NCBI RefSeq assembly: GCF_009914755.1
Contig: NC_060925.1
Source of the DNA: the human T2T-CHM13v2.0 reference genome, Homo sapiens
Reading direction: 5' to 3' (one strand)
Length of the DNA: 64,000 bases
This document shows positions 41,105 to 55,140 of the stretch, piece after piece. The position numbers and the translations under genes were made by a program. Positions within the stretch are counted from its first letter, which is position 1, and each line of letters opens with the position of its first letter. The notes beneath the pieces were generated by a model. That model had not been told where the DNA came from and made no database searches. It saw only the letters and a program-made list of their open reading frames with translations.

Positions 41105-42829
41105 CGGCTTTATCCAACTACTCTCTCAGTATAAGCCTAGATGCTCCTGAACATGAGTCACAGTGTCCTCCCATAGGAACCTGGAGCCCGGCGGCTTCCC
41201 CACATGAGCTTTGCCATTCTCTCACATCCACCCACCTGTTCCTCCATCAGTTCAGGGGTTTCCTGTGCCCGCCAGCTCTTCCCTTTGTTATGCCAGTGGC
41301 CCTGCTCTTGCCCCAGACCAGGCATTCCCGCCCCTTTGCTCAGCTGCTCTCCGCCAGCAGCCGAGCTCATCCTCCTCAGGTCAGCCTCAGCGCTGCCTTC
41401 CACATCTCCGCAGCTCTTCTCCCATCACATCAGTCACGCTGTCTCCGTCGCCAGAGCTTCTCCCCTTACGTGGGTGCACTCATTCTCTTTTCTGGGCACC
41501 CTCTCAGTGAAAAGACTTTATTGGGTTCCCCCGGCAGCTTCTCTGGCATTGCTAGAGAGTGACCCCTGCTCCACCCCTACTTTCCTCAACATGGGGCCAG
41601 GGTCCTGGGTTGTGGTGTCTAATCCTAGAGTCATACCTGGCTCTTCCCTGAGAGGGACAGGGTACGGGGAGGAAGCAGCCAAGACTGGAAGGAGAAAGGA
41701 GGGTTCAGGCATCCCTGTCCCCTGAAGACAGGAGGGACCCCAGCATTGTCCCCAGTCCTTCTCGAAGCTGGGGGCAGGGTGTACCTGGTATGACCCCATT
41801 CCCAGAGCAGCAGGAGGGAGCCCAGGCATTCCACAGTCACCCAACTCCAGATAGGAGAGGTGCCCCCCAACATCGCCTGCCCGATCGCCACGGGAGCAAC
41901 TCCTGGAATCATCTTCTCCACCCTCATCGGAACCCCCAGAGGAGAAAAGACAGATCCTGATTCAATATGCAAATTCAAGCAGATGGCGGAGCTGGGTGAT
42001 GGACGGGCTGTCAGGAGAGCACGTCACCATGAGACATGTGTCTGTGTGATTAGTGTGGGGACACTGTGTGGGGGAGGGGCCTGGGGCTGTGTCGCTGCCT
42101 CTGGGGAGTCTGATGGGGAGTGTGGGAGAAGGGTGGACGAGGAAATGGGGTGACTTTCCACCACGGGCCAGTCAGGACCTCTCTGTGGCCAGCTCACCAG
42201 GCCTGTCCTGGCCCCTCTCAGCCAGGATGTTAATTCCACCAGGTCAGGGCTGGAACAGGAGGGGATGCATTAGTATAATCTGCACCTGTATCTCTGCTCT
42301 TGCCATCGGCCAAACAATAAAAGACACAATATTTACACAACTTACCGGGGGAAGCAATATTGGGCCATTGATTTTGTGTCCCTCGGATTTTCATGGTCTA
42401 AACCTTAATGGTTTTTAATCATAAAATATTAGTGCTGCAGGGCACTTAGCACTGGCACCTTGCTGGTGAGGGATGGCCTCCTCCCCTTCACGGCTCCAAG
42501 GGGAGCACCCCTTGGAGGAGGGGCCGATATCGCCCTGCACACACACCCAGGGCAGCAGAGCCTCCCACGTGCCTGGTGTGGAATTGGCCCAGGCCTGGGC
42601 ACAGCGTGGGAGCCCCTGGAGGACAGAGCATCCTACCAGTCAGTCCCCCTAGTTCTAGAGGCAACCAGCTCCTCAAAACTGATCTGCCTTCATTAAGATT
42701 TCTTAAAAATAAAAGCTTCTGCCTTTGTTTCTCTCACTCAGATACACTTTTCACCCCATCTCTGCTTGAGGACCCCACCCCCCTGTCCTGTCTCCTAAGT
42801 GGGGTGCTGCACAAGGATCAGACCAGCTC

Positions 42830-43050
42830 CTATTCATTTCTGTATCTTTGGTGCCTGGCACAGTGCCTGGAACAGCATTGGTGCTCAGTATTGGTTGAAT
42901 GAATGAGTAGATGTGTTAGACTCTAAAGGCAGGTTTCAAAAAGGAATTTTCCATTGACTCATTCATTCATTCAACAAATATTTATTGATCACCTACTATG
43001 TGCCTGATCTCAGAGATGAATCAGACCCAGGTCCTGCCCCCACTATACTA
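42830..43050. mobile_element. Two L2 3' ends, tail to tail
   Basis: GTGCCTGGCACAGTGCCTGG...GTTGAATGAATGAG (+), then CTCATTCATTCATTCAACAAATATTTATTGATCACCTACTATGTGCC (-). Confidence 0.85.
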
Positions 43051-45146
43051 GATGCTGTACAGGGGACATCCCATATGCTAGGGCCTGGTGGGAGCTCAGG
43101 GAGGGGATCCTGGAGGATGAGATAGAAAGGGCTTTTCAGCAGGGAATCTGAGCCTCCTGAATGAAGCTCAGCCTCCTCAGGGGACCACTTTGAAAGCCCA
43201 AACTTGTGAGATGTAGAGATATGAACAGATCGCATGTCTAAGCCCTCTCTCATCCCAACCAGGGAGGGCTTCCTGGAAGGGGCTTCCTTGAAGAATAAGG
43301 TTTGGATGTTGTGAGTGTGTTTGTGGGAGCAGGAAGTCCTGCTGGCTCTCTGGGAGAGGCTGATTCCTCTGGTGCAGAGGAAGACATGGGTGGGAGGTGA
43401 TTGTTGCTGTTGTTTATTTGTACCAAAAATGAACACATTGCATACCCCACCCAGCTTCCCCCATCCCCAGCGCCTACGGGGAAGTCAATAGCAATGGATT
43501 ACACAGCGAGGGGAAGGCTGAGAGCACAATTGGAAGAAAGATAAAGATAATTAAAACTAATTCCAACTGTTCCCAGAGAAATCAATTTCATAACTTCAGT
43601 GTGTCCCTAAGCTTGTTTCTGAGGCTCTGCAGCACTGAGCACAGGGCATGTGTTTGAGTGTGTGATGTGCAGACACTGGTATGTGTATACACGGGTGCCT
43701 GTAATGCATGCGTGCATGTATGTGGCTTCATGCACATGTGTGCATGTTTGTATGTACATATGCATACTTTGTGTATGTTGGGGGGACACACAGGTGTGTT
43801 GGGCAGCAATTCCTCTAGGTCTCCATGTGGTACCAGCTTATGGCCTCACCTTTGATTCTGGAGGAGGAGGGGTGGAAAGGGTAAGAGAGTTAGGGTGGCT
43901 GGGTAGGGTTAGGTTACCCTCCCCTATACCAAGGCCTTAGACGCCACCTGTCTAGTCCAACTCCCCCTTATACACATGGGGAGACTGAGGCCCGGAGAGG
44001 GGAGGCTTGCCATGGGTCACGCAGCAGGTGAGATGCAGCAATGGAACGAGAATGCTAGTCTCCTGGGTTTCCTCTACTCTAAGGACTTGCTGGCCACTGG
44101 GACAAGGACAGCCAGGGGTGGAAGGAGTGGTAGATCTGATTTTATATGGCTGGGAAGCTCCCGTGTGAATAACCCCTTAATTATCTAATTTCTTCATTCT
44201 TCTAACATAGGCTGAGCACCTGCTATGTGTTAGCCCTGTGGGTTCTCTAGCTTGTCTAGGGGACTGGGGGTTGTCATAGCTGGCTCTGAGAGAGGTTGGT
44301 TCCTCTGGGGGAGAGGGCTGCTTGGCTGTGGTGACTGGTGGATGGTGGCCTCTCCTAGTCCCTTATGGGTAAGTCTCTGAAGCAGTGCTCAGGACAGGGC
44401 CCCGTCTAAGAAGCATGGGCTGCCAAATGGCCTTCCCTGGCTGAGGATGGTTCTGTTGGCATTGCTGTCACGGCTGGTGACTTCTCACAGGGACCTCATG
44501 GTTTGCCTCTCAGGGACTTCCTGGTGTAGCCAGGAGTCCTGCCCATGCCCCCCAGCCCCTTGGTGAGTGTGCCTTGGGCAGCGTCTGATATGTCCCTGAG
44601 TTTCCCAGGACCTGGCACAGACCCCAACACACAGTAGGTCCTCCCCCAGCACAGGACTGGCAAACGAATTAGCGAACCTTTGAGGACTGAAGTGATCCCC
44701 TCCAGAAAACCAAGCCAGGAAGTTTATCACTCTAAATGAACGGTTCCCTCTACCTACCTGTGCCTGTGTCCTCGACTTTTAAATGGGGCACTATTATCCA
44801 CATGGCAGCTTCAGTGAGTGTGAGACGTGGTGGCACATCACTTCGTTTCCCCTTCTTACAGGCCCTGAGCTTTCCCGTTCATTTTCCCTTCTTATAGCGA
44901 CTTCATTTTCCTTTCTAACAGGCCCTGAGCTTCCGTGAAGAGGGTCACTCCATGAGCAAGGAGCCAGGGAACAGCTCATGGCCATACAGCTTCCTGGAAG
45001 TAGGGGGTGGGTGAGGTGACGCTCCCAGCGCCTCCAGGCAAGGTGTTTGGGCACTCCATCCTTGGTCCAGCCTTCCATGGTGGGCCTTGGGGGTGGGGAT
45101 CCTAGAGGGCTCCTGGGCAGCGCATCGGTTCCTGAGGTGCCCCGGA

Positions 45147-45165
45147 TGACCTCTAGATGGCAGCA
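45147..45165 (+). promoter_or_regulatory. CTCF motif
   Basis: TGACCTCTAGATGGCAGCA; core CCTCTAGATGGCAGC has one mismatch to CCASYAGRKGGCRSY; several CpGs nearby. Confidence 0.6.
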
Positions 45166-46680
45166 TTGGCGAGCGGGAGCCAGATAGGAGCTGATGGGGG
45201 TGGGCTGGGCCTGTGGGCTAAGACTGCAGCTCCTGTCCTTAAGCCCCCACCTTGTCCCATGGTCTGAGAGCAGAACGTGGGTGGGGGTGGGGTGAGGGAA
45301 GAAGGCACCTTGGGAATTCCTGGACTGGGGAGTCAGGCTGGTCCTTTCTCTTCCTGAGATGGTCCTTCTGAGAGCTGGATTTCCAGCTGTTGAATCTGGA
45401 AGTCAGCAGCTGGGCAGGACACTGTGGCTGGAACCTCTTCTCTTAAAGACCCTCACACCCTAAGGAGTGGGACCTCCAGGGGTGTGGGCATGAGGGTTTC
45501 TTTGGCAGCAGGGCAGTGGACAACCATGCGGCTAGGATGCCCAGCAGCCCCAGTGTGAGGAAACCACTTTCTGCTCTGTTCTACCCTTCTCAGCATCCCC
45601 TCCTCTCTCTCCCTTTCCCCAGGAAGCCGGAGAGGAACAGATGGGAACTGTCAGCAACTCGTTAGGGTTACAGATGGGGTGCTGGGGTCGGGGAGGGAGG
45701 AGGGGAGTTGGAGGGGGCAGAGTTCTTGGCCAGGTCCCTGTGGAATCCCAGGCAGGGCCCGCTGTGGGAGGGCACTCTAGTCTTTCCTCTCAATTCCTTT
45801 CCAACCTGGGGAGAGGCCTGGGAGAAATCCCAGGCTCTCCTGGCGGCTGCATCTGGTAGTAATCTGAAGGTGAGATGGGAGTTCAGGGGCTGAGAAGCTT
45901 GCAGGCATCCTTTGTTTTTTCCAGGGCCTGGCCTGCTGGTGCGGGCTAGATGGCAGTGCTCCTCCTCACTGCTGTCATTCCAGGGCAGCTCTCAACTTCC
46001 CTGGGAGGCTAGGGATAGATTTGATATAGGGTGGGAACTTACAGCACCCCCAGATCACAAGGGAGAGGGGACTGAAGACCATCTTTGGTCTGCAGGTGCT
46101 CTGGGGAGGAAACAGTGGGTGAGTGTAGACTGTGGGGCCCTGAGCCACCTGCCATGGCCTCAGGTGCTGCGGCAGGCAGCTGTTTATAGAAGGAGGATAT
46201 TTGGGATAGGTCACTGAGCCTTGACTGCCCAGCTAGCCTCTGGTGTCTTGGCCACAAAACACTGAAGCAGCTGCACGGTGCAGTGCCTCAGTGCTGCAGT
46301 GCTGCAGTGACAGAGGAGGCCTGAGTGCGGGTGTCTGGTCTGCTACCAACTCCCGGTGACCTTCACCAACTCATTTTCCCTCTCTAAGCCTTAATTTCAC
46401 CATCTGGTAAATAATAATAATAATAACAATAATAATAATGGCTCCCTTCCATTGAACACTTACACAAGATACAACATTTTGTGTGGATTATCTTATTTAA
46501 TGCTCACAACCCCCCTATGGAGAAATGAAGACTCAAAGGGGGTGAGTGACTTGGCCAAGGTCACACACCAAGGGGCAAGAGATCAGACCCAGCACTGCCC
46601 GAAGTCAAGGCCTCGCTCCTCCCCTGTCCTTTCCATAGGGCTGTCTGCTCTTTCTCTGGTGGGTGGGGGCAGAGGGCTGA

Positions 46681-46991
<311 letters not shown>

Positions 46992-47059
46992 CCGAAACTC
47001 CTATCCTAACGTCTCTCCAGGAGGCTTAGGAGTGGGTGAGTGGAAGAGTGGTTATCGTA

Positions 47060-47198
47060 GAATTCTAGATTTAGCCAATAAAAATCCAGGATGCCTAGTT
47101 AAATTTGAATGCCAAACAACAAGTTTATAAGTGTGTTCCATGCAATAGTTAAGACATACCCATACTAAAGAATTACATATTGTTTATTGGCAACCCTG
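47060..47198. mobile_element. MER53 hAT MITE, internally deleted
   Basis: AGATTTAGCCAATAAAAATCCAGGATGCCTAGTTAAATTTGAAT...TGGCAACCCT. Confidence 0.82.
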
Positions 47199-48289
47199 GC
47201 CAGTAGAATGCATTGCACTGTGCGTTTACTAATTTCCAGGAATTGTTCTGGAGATTGGGAGATGAGGGCTGGGTGGAAGAGAGCAGAGATGTGTATGGGT
47301 CACACCCAAGCTTTGCCACTCACTGCTAGGGCTGCCTCTTCGGGCTCAGTTCCTTCATCTGTCAAATGGGAAGAAGGACCGTCTCCTCTGCCCTCCTAAG
47401 GGATGATATAAGTATCCAACACCCAGTTAGTTGTGAGTGTCTTTGAATAATCCAGACAGCCTTGCCAAGATGAGCCCTGGTCTGGTTACTGGTGGGTGCC
47501 AGCCTGAACCCAGCCTTGTCTCCACCTCCTAAGCACCCACTGGTGAGCCTCCTTGCCCACCATCACCCCCAGCTCCACAGAGGCCCACGCGGCAGGCTGG
47601 TGTCCATGAAGGATTCTCACTTACGATTCACAGGAAATCAGTAATCACTTAAACCTCCTGTGTGTGGGGGAGCCCTGGTCAGTGATAGGCCTGAGCGGCC
47701 TGTGTTTTCAGCCCAGTGCCACCATCGTCCAGCTGGAGAAGCCCCTCACTTCTTAGGGCCTCAGTTTCCTCAACTGTGGTGTGGGAGAAAAGGATGGACA
47801 TCTCCGAGTTCATTGTGAGAGTCCAGAGAGATGGCAGACAGTAGACACTCAGAACACGCTGGCTCTGCCCTGTCCCCAGCTTTATCTCGTGGCCAGGGAC
47901 TCAGATCACATAACCAACAGTCAGGCCCAACTCACTTGTCACCTTCATCTGCTGCAGACGGATGATAGGGTGGATAATCCGTATTTTGTAGTGGTCTTGG
48001 CTGAGGCTTGTCTGCTGGGGTAAGTGATGGGGACACTCATATGTGCTCTCATAAATACCTGGGCACAGATCCACATGCATTCAGCCCACACACGAGATAC
48101 ACACACCCACACAGACAGGAGGCTCCTCTAACACATCTCCTCTCGACCCTCGCCTGACTGAGCTTCGCCTTTTCTCTGTGAAACACACAGCCTGATGTCC
48201 ATCCCACGCAGACCTTGCCATCCACAAAGCTGCTCTCTAATGAACTAGCCTGCGGGCCTCTGCTCCCTCAGGCTGAGTTACAGGCTTAC

Positions 48290-49172
<883 letters not shown>

Positions 49173-49182
49173 AGTACACATT

Positions 49183-49185
<3 letters not shown>

Positions 49186-49226
<41 letters not shown>

Positions 49227-49465
49227 CACACACCCTCATAAGCATATCCATGTACACACATTCACACATATGTACCCCTGCACATTTACAACCCTGCACA
49301 CACATATATACCCATGGATACATGCACTCACCCAAACCACATACTCACACACAGACACATGTGTACGCACATTCTCACACTCCCAGGCTGACACATGTCT
49401 ACTCAGAGGCACACATGCCCATCAGTAACTCACACATACCTGAGCGCACAGGTGCATACATACAC
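49186..49465. repeat. (CA)n microsatellite with a degenerate CA-rich extension
   Basis: Pure CA at 49187-49222, then CACACAT-type degenerate repeats. Confidence 0.9.
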
Positions 49466-49740
49466 AAGCTGAACCCTTTCCCCCCTGCAAGAACAGCCAA
49501 GGCAATAAGTAGAGGCTGGTTTTTAATCAGAAATTCACCCTTTGGTGTTTTTCTCACCTTGGCACGCTGGGGGATTGGGAAGGACAATGAGGAGGGAGGA
49601 GGGAGGCTGGGGAGGGAGCCGGTGGGAGGAGTTAGGCCTGGGGCTAGATTCCTCTAGCTGGCACCCGGCTGGGGAGACATGTGGCTGCTGCAGGTGAGCT
49701 GGGTTTGAGCTGCATTATTGAGTGCCCTGTTCCACTTTTA

Positions 49741-50034
<294 letters not shown>

Positions 50035-50109
50035 CTAGGCCTGTTCAGCCCAGCCTTCCCTTGCTAGGTCTGATGAGATCCATCTGGGATGTTCTGATGT
50101 GGGGCTTCT

Positions 50110-50238
50110 AGACCTGCATCAGATCTCTGGGCGCTAGCTCAGACCTGCTGCATCTGAATCTCTGTGAATCAGGCTAAGGAATCTGCATTTCTAAACTTCC
50201 CTTAGTACTTTGATAAGCAGCCAGGTTTGGGAACCTTA
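50110..50238. mobile_element. MER5A1-like MITE
   Basis: CAGACCTGCTGCATCTGAATCTCTG...AGGAATCTGCATTTCTAA...CAGCCAGGTTTGGGAACC. Confidence 0.7.
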
Positions 50239-50544
50239 GTAGAGAATACTGCACTTCCATAGAAAGACCTCTGTCTTTGGGGATCCCCAGAGATGTGCTG
50301 TCTCTCTGGTATCCTCAAGACTCTGTGTGATCCTGGCCAGGAGTGGGGAGCTTTCTAAGAAAAGGGTAGAAAGTCCTGGAGTTCTGGGAGCTGGAGGTAA
50401 TCTCATTCTTGGGTCCTTTATTTTCTAAAAGGGAAGACAGAGACCTGCAGGAAACAGGACTTGCTCAGGGTCATCAGAGAGTCAGTGGAGTTGCTGGGAT
50501 TTGAATCTGAGCTATCTGATTCCAAAGCTCATATTTTGTACATC

Positions 50545-50905
50545 GGTCAGGATCGGCCAGATTGTATGTTGCCTTAACAAACATACCCAAGTCTCAGTGG
50601 TTTAAAACAAAAAAGATTTATTTATTATTCCTGCAATGTGTCCAGCAAGGGTCAACAGAATCTCTGCTCATCTTAGTCACTCAGGACCTGGCTTGCCTTT
50701 TGTCAGTTTTGGGGCAGAGGGAACAAGCACTCAGAAGGGTGCGTCGGCACTGAAATTCTCTGGCCCAGAAGAGACCACACCACTCTGTTCCCAGTCATTG
50801 GTCAGAACTAGCTGCATGCCTCACTTCCACCTACAGGAAGTGAATCTCACCACCTGCCAGGAAGGGGCAGAACTGGAAATATTAGGTGTATTGCACCAGT
50901 CACGT
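50545..50905 (-). mobile_element. MLT1J/K-like MaLR LTR
   Basis: TAACAAACATACCCAAGTCTCAGTGGTTTAAAACAA...TTTATT, CTCTGCTCATCTTAGTCACTCAGG, CATTGGTCAGAACTAG. Confidence 0.72.
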
Positions 50906-52033
50906 CCAGTCTCTGCCAACTGCACGTGACCCTGGGGTCCAGGAGCCCCACTATGTCCCTGATGGGAGCCGTCTAGAGAGCCAGCCTGGGGCAGCCCTTC
51001 CCCTCCCCTCTTCAAGTCAGTGCTAGCCTCTCCAGCTCTGTCTCTGTCTCTGTCTCCTCCCTTCCCTGCTCATCTCCTCTTAGGCCCACCTTCTCCATCT
51101 TATGCTCCGATCCAGGGGTTTTACGTTCCAGTCCTGGCTTTGCCTCTAACCCACTGTGCAGGGGGACGCAGGATGGGTCTTTTCTCATCCGGTGGGCCTC
51201 AGTTTGCCCATCTGCACATTGGGACTCTGCCTGTGAATCTTGGCCCCCACTGCTTCTGTGGAAAGTGTTTCTGGAGGCCGCTGCTTGTTGAGACAACAGA
51301 CCTAGGGGAACAGACTTTATTTTTCCTCCTTTCCTGTCCCTGTTTTAGAAGATCCCACATATGTTGGGCCTGAAGGCATCCTACGCGTCCTGGGAGCTGA
51401 AGGGGCTGCTGCTTCTGCCAGGAAAATTCCTTCTCGAAGGTGGGGAGCTCTCCCCAGAATGAGGCCAGGCCAAACCTGTTCCCTCTCCTCCTCATCACGT
51501 CCATGGGAGTGGGGGCAGGTCCCAAGGCAGCCAGCAAGGGAGCCTTGGCCAGTGCATCAGACTAGCGGCTGGGCAGAGAATCCTGGCAGCTCCCCTCTCC
51601 CGCTCACCTGGAGACAGCCCGAGAAGTGAGCTTCATATCTTGAAGGGTTTAGATTTGATGTCTGAAAGGGCTTCCTGGCAGAGGCAGTGGCTGCACGGGG
51701 GAGTGGAGGACAAGGGAATCTTTTCTGATATAGATTTAATTTTTAATTAGCCTACAAAGCTTAAACATTTCTTACATTTTTAAAATTTGTTTTTAATGTT
51801 ACAAAAATAATACATTCTCACTATAAAAAACAACACACAGAAGTGTGTAGAGAACAGAGTGAGTGTTCCTCCCTCCCCCAGGCCCATCCTCCAGGGGCAA
51901 CCAGAGTCGGCAGCTCAGTGTGTGTTCTTCCAGGCCTTTCTCCACATACATACAAATGAGGCCAGAAGGTTTTAGGATCCATCTTTATAAAAATGGGATC
52001 ATGTTTTTGTTTATACATAGAGTTCTGCAAATC

Positions 52034-52210
52034 ACTCACCCACTTACCCACCCACCCACCCACCCACCAACTCATTCATTCACCCACCCACCCACCTACC
52101 CACCACTCACCCACTCACCCATCTACCCACTCACTCACTCCCCCACCCACCCACTCACTCCCTTTCCCCCCTGCCACAGCTAACGCAGTCGCCCACTCAC
52201 CCATTCACTT
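52034..52210. repeat. (CCCA/CACT)n low-complexity repeat
   Basis: CACCCACCCACC...CACTCACCCA; G-rich on the minus strand. Confidence 0.9.
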
Positions 52211-53734
52211 TTGAGACATGCACTGGCCCCTGCTGCATGTCTGACCCTGCATTGGTCCCTAGGGCTCTTCTGTGGGCCTCCCTCCCTGGATTCCCTAGCT
52301 TAGCTGACGGGGAGGGCACTGCTATCTCTTACTGAGTGCCTGCTGTATACCAGATGATTTCCTACATGTTTCTAACCATTCTAGTGCTACCTGGATTAAA
52401 TGCCACCTCCTCCAGGGAGGCTTCCCTGGGTGGGGGTGAGTGCTGGTCTTTCTCTTGCTGCTGTGAACTCCTGTGCTCTTTTCACTCCTGTATGTACCCC
52501 CTTCAGAGCAATGGCCTGTTCGTGCCTCCCACCTCCCAGCAGACTGTAAACAGCTCCCTGAAGACAAAGATTGGGGTCTGGTTCAAATCTGTACCTACCA
52601 TTTCTAGCACATGGAAGACACTGGCTCCAAAAATGAGTGCAGCTTCCCGTTAGCCCCATACAGACTCAGGACTCAGGATGGGACCTAGAGTGGGAGGTTC
52701 CCCTCCCCAGGCCCTGCGTTCTTTAGAATGGGGACAACTCTAACTGCCTTCCCCCACTTTCCATCCTGTCCCAGCCAACAGATCTTGCATAGATATCCAG
52801 GTGGTCTCAGAACCTTGTCAGAGAGAGTGGTGAGTTTCTGCATATCCTTGTCATAGTTTGAACATCTTTTTGGATGGGAAACTCACCACCACTCACATAA
52901 CCCCTTCCTGTCTGCTAAGAAAGCCTTCCTTGCAAGGAGCCAAAGTCTGTCCCTGATACTGGTAATCACATCCAGTCAGCTCAGGATGGGCCCTGGATGC
53001 TGGCCAACCAGCTCACCCCACCTTTCACAAATGAAGGCATTGCATCCAGAGAGGTTAAGCGACTTGCTCGAAGTCACACAGCAAGTGAATAGAGGATTGG
53101 AATCCCTGCTCCTCTCCCCACCAAAGGTCCTGGTTCTGACCTCTGGGCCTCACTGGCCCGTGGGCTTCCTTTGTCTCAAGGGTTGGATGACTGAGGCCCT
53201 GACGTGGGAACCTCTCCCATCCTGACCACCCCTCTCCAGACTGTTCGTGTGTCGGTCCCTGGGGCAGAGCTGATTGGCCTTGAAAGGCTGCAGTTCGGCC
53301 CCACCCCCCACCTTGCCTCCTCCTTCCCCAGCTCCTCTCATTTTTCCTCTGAAAGGAAAGAATTAATAGAAAATGTAAGTGAGCAATCTCACAGACGAGG
53401 CGGGTTTTCATTATTTGCGGCTGGGGAAGGCAGGCTGGGGCGAGGATCCCAGTGAAGCATGGATTCTGCCAGGAGCCTCGGGAGATAATTGAGCGGTGGA
53501 GGCAGAGGCGGCGGGCACTGGGTGGGTGCAGGCTCGGGAGCTGTATTATCATTAGAATTTACATGACACATTAGCCAGAAGTGGCAGCGTTCATCTTTCT
53601 AACCAAATCTCATTTACCAAATGAGCAGCCGACACTTGCTTTATCAGCTGGCTCCTTCTCCATGCAGCTTTTTGCGCAGAGCGCTCCGAGTGGCCTGCTG
53701 TCCCTCTGGGCGTAAGAAGGAGAGGCTACCGGCA

Positions 53735-54370
53735 ATTACTGAGTTCCCACTGTGTGCCAGACACTTGTTTACATGTTATTGAATCCTCCTAATTCTGCCT
53801 ACCCTCATAATTCTCGGTAGGCAGTGTTATTCTACCCATTTACGGGCAGGAAAACTGAGGCTTAGAGAGGTGAGGCTATGCTTTAGTTTTCCACTGTTCT
53901 AGCAATAATAATAGTAAACTTAAAAGGGTGGACTCTGAAGCCAGACTTCCTGATTTCGAATCTTTGCTCTTCCACCTGCCAGCTGTGTGGTCTTGGGCAA
54001 GTTGCTTAACCTCTCTGGATCACCCTGTCCTCAATTGCAAAATGGTATTAATAATCGTACCTATATCAGGGCTATCGTGAGTTCTAAATACAGCACTGAG
54101 AGCAAAGTGATGAACATTGAGTGAGTGTAAACCCAGTGAGCACCTTGACATGCATTAGTTGTTATTATGATTCTTTTTACTGCTTGCATTTATTGCGCCC
54201 TCACTAGGTGTGTTGTGCTAGACACTCTCCATTCAAGACAGCATTTGATCTTCCCAACAACACAGCACTTTTTCTGATGAGAGACATGAGGATCAGAGAG
54301 GTGAATTGGCTGGCCCAAGGTCACTCAGCTCCTGAGTGGTAAAACTTTTTCCTGAGCTGGAATCGGGTCT
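53735..54370. mobile_element. Three adjacent MIRs (-, +, -)
   Basis: GGAAAACTGAGGCTTAGAGAGG; GACTCTGAAGCCAGAC...CTTGGGCAAGTTGCTTAACCTCTCTG; GCCCAAGGTCACTCAGCT. Confidence 0.82.
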
Positions 54371-54844
54371 TTTTGAGACCAAGACAGATGTCCTTCTGTC
54401 TGTACCAACTGCTTTCCTGCCCAGAAAGGGAGTTTTCCTTCAGAGAAGGATGGCGAAGTCCTTGATGCTCCTCTCTGAGCTGCTCCCCTCAGCTCTGCCT
54501 CTGGCCCCTCCTCTCTGCCCCAAGGGACCTGTGGAGGTGGGGGTGGGGGATGGTGGCTGCTTCTGCCCCAGGAACGTCTTCTGCTGAGCACATCACTCTT
54601 GCCGGGAAGGTAGGGAGGGTTAACGACAGGGAACCCCTGATTGAACACCTACTACGCGCTGGGCCCTGGGGTGAGACAGAGATGAATGAGATGCAGCCTC
54701 CAATGACAACACAAAGGGTATCACCTGACAGAACATGATTAATTGCAGAAGGAACTGCACAGACAACGGCTAGGGCTGGAGTTTGCAGGCAGAGAGCCCC
54801 GTTCTGAACAGGGAGCCGGAGCCTCAGCGCGGTGACGAAGCACT

Positions 54845-55140
54845 TATTCATTCATTCGGCAGATATTTGTTGAGTGCCCACTATGTGCCAGGTTTTTTTC
54901 TAGGTGCTTGGAGCTATCACTAAGAACAAGCCTTTGCTTGTCTTAAAAAAAGTCTTTGCTCACCTGGAGTTTAAAATCCCATGGGGATGACAATGAAGCT
55001 AATTTCAGATGGTAAATGCTCTGAAGACAATGGAAAAGGCTGGTGAGGCAGATGGACTGGGGAGGCGTTGTTAGATGTTGAAGTCAGAGGAGGCTTCCCA
55101 GAGGAGGTAGCGTTTGATCAGTGACTTGCAGCTGGAGGAG
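54845..55140 (-). mobile_element. L2 3' fragment
   Basis: TTCATTCATTCGGCAGATATTTGTTGAGTGCCCACTATGTGCCAGG, GTCAGAGGAGGCTTCCCAGAGGAGG. Confidence 0.8.

Noticed and set aside
47060-47198. Palindromic element as a novel hairpin RNA
   Set aside because: Explained by MER53, and most of one arm is deleted.
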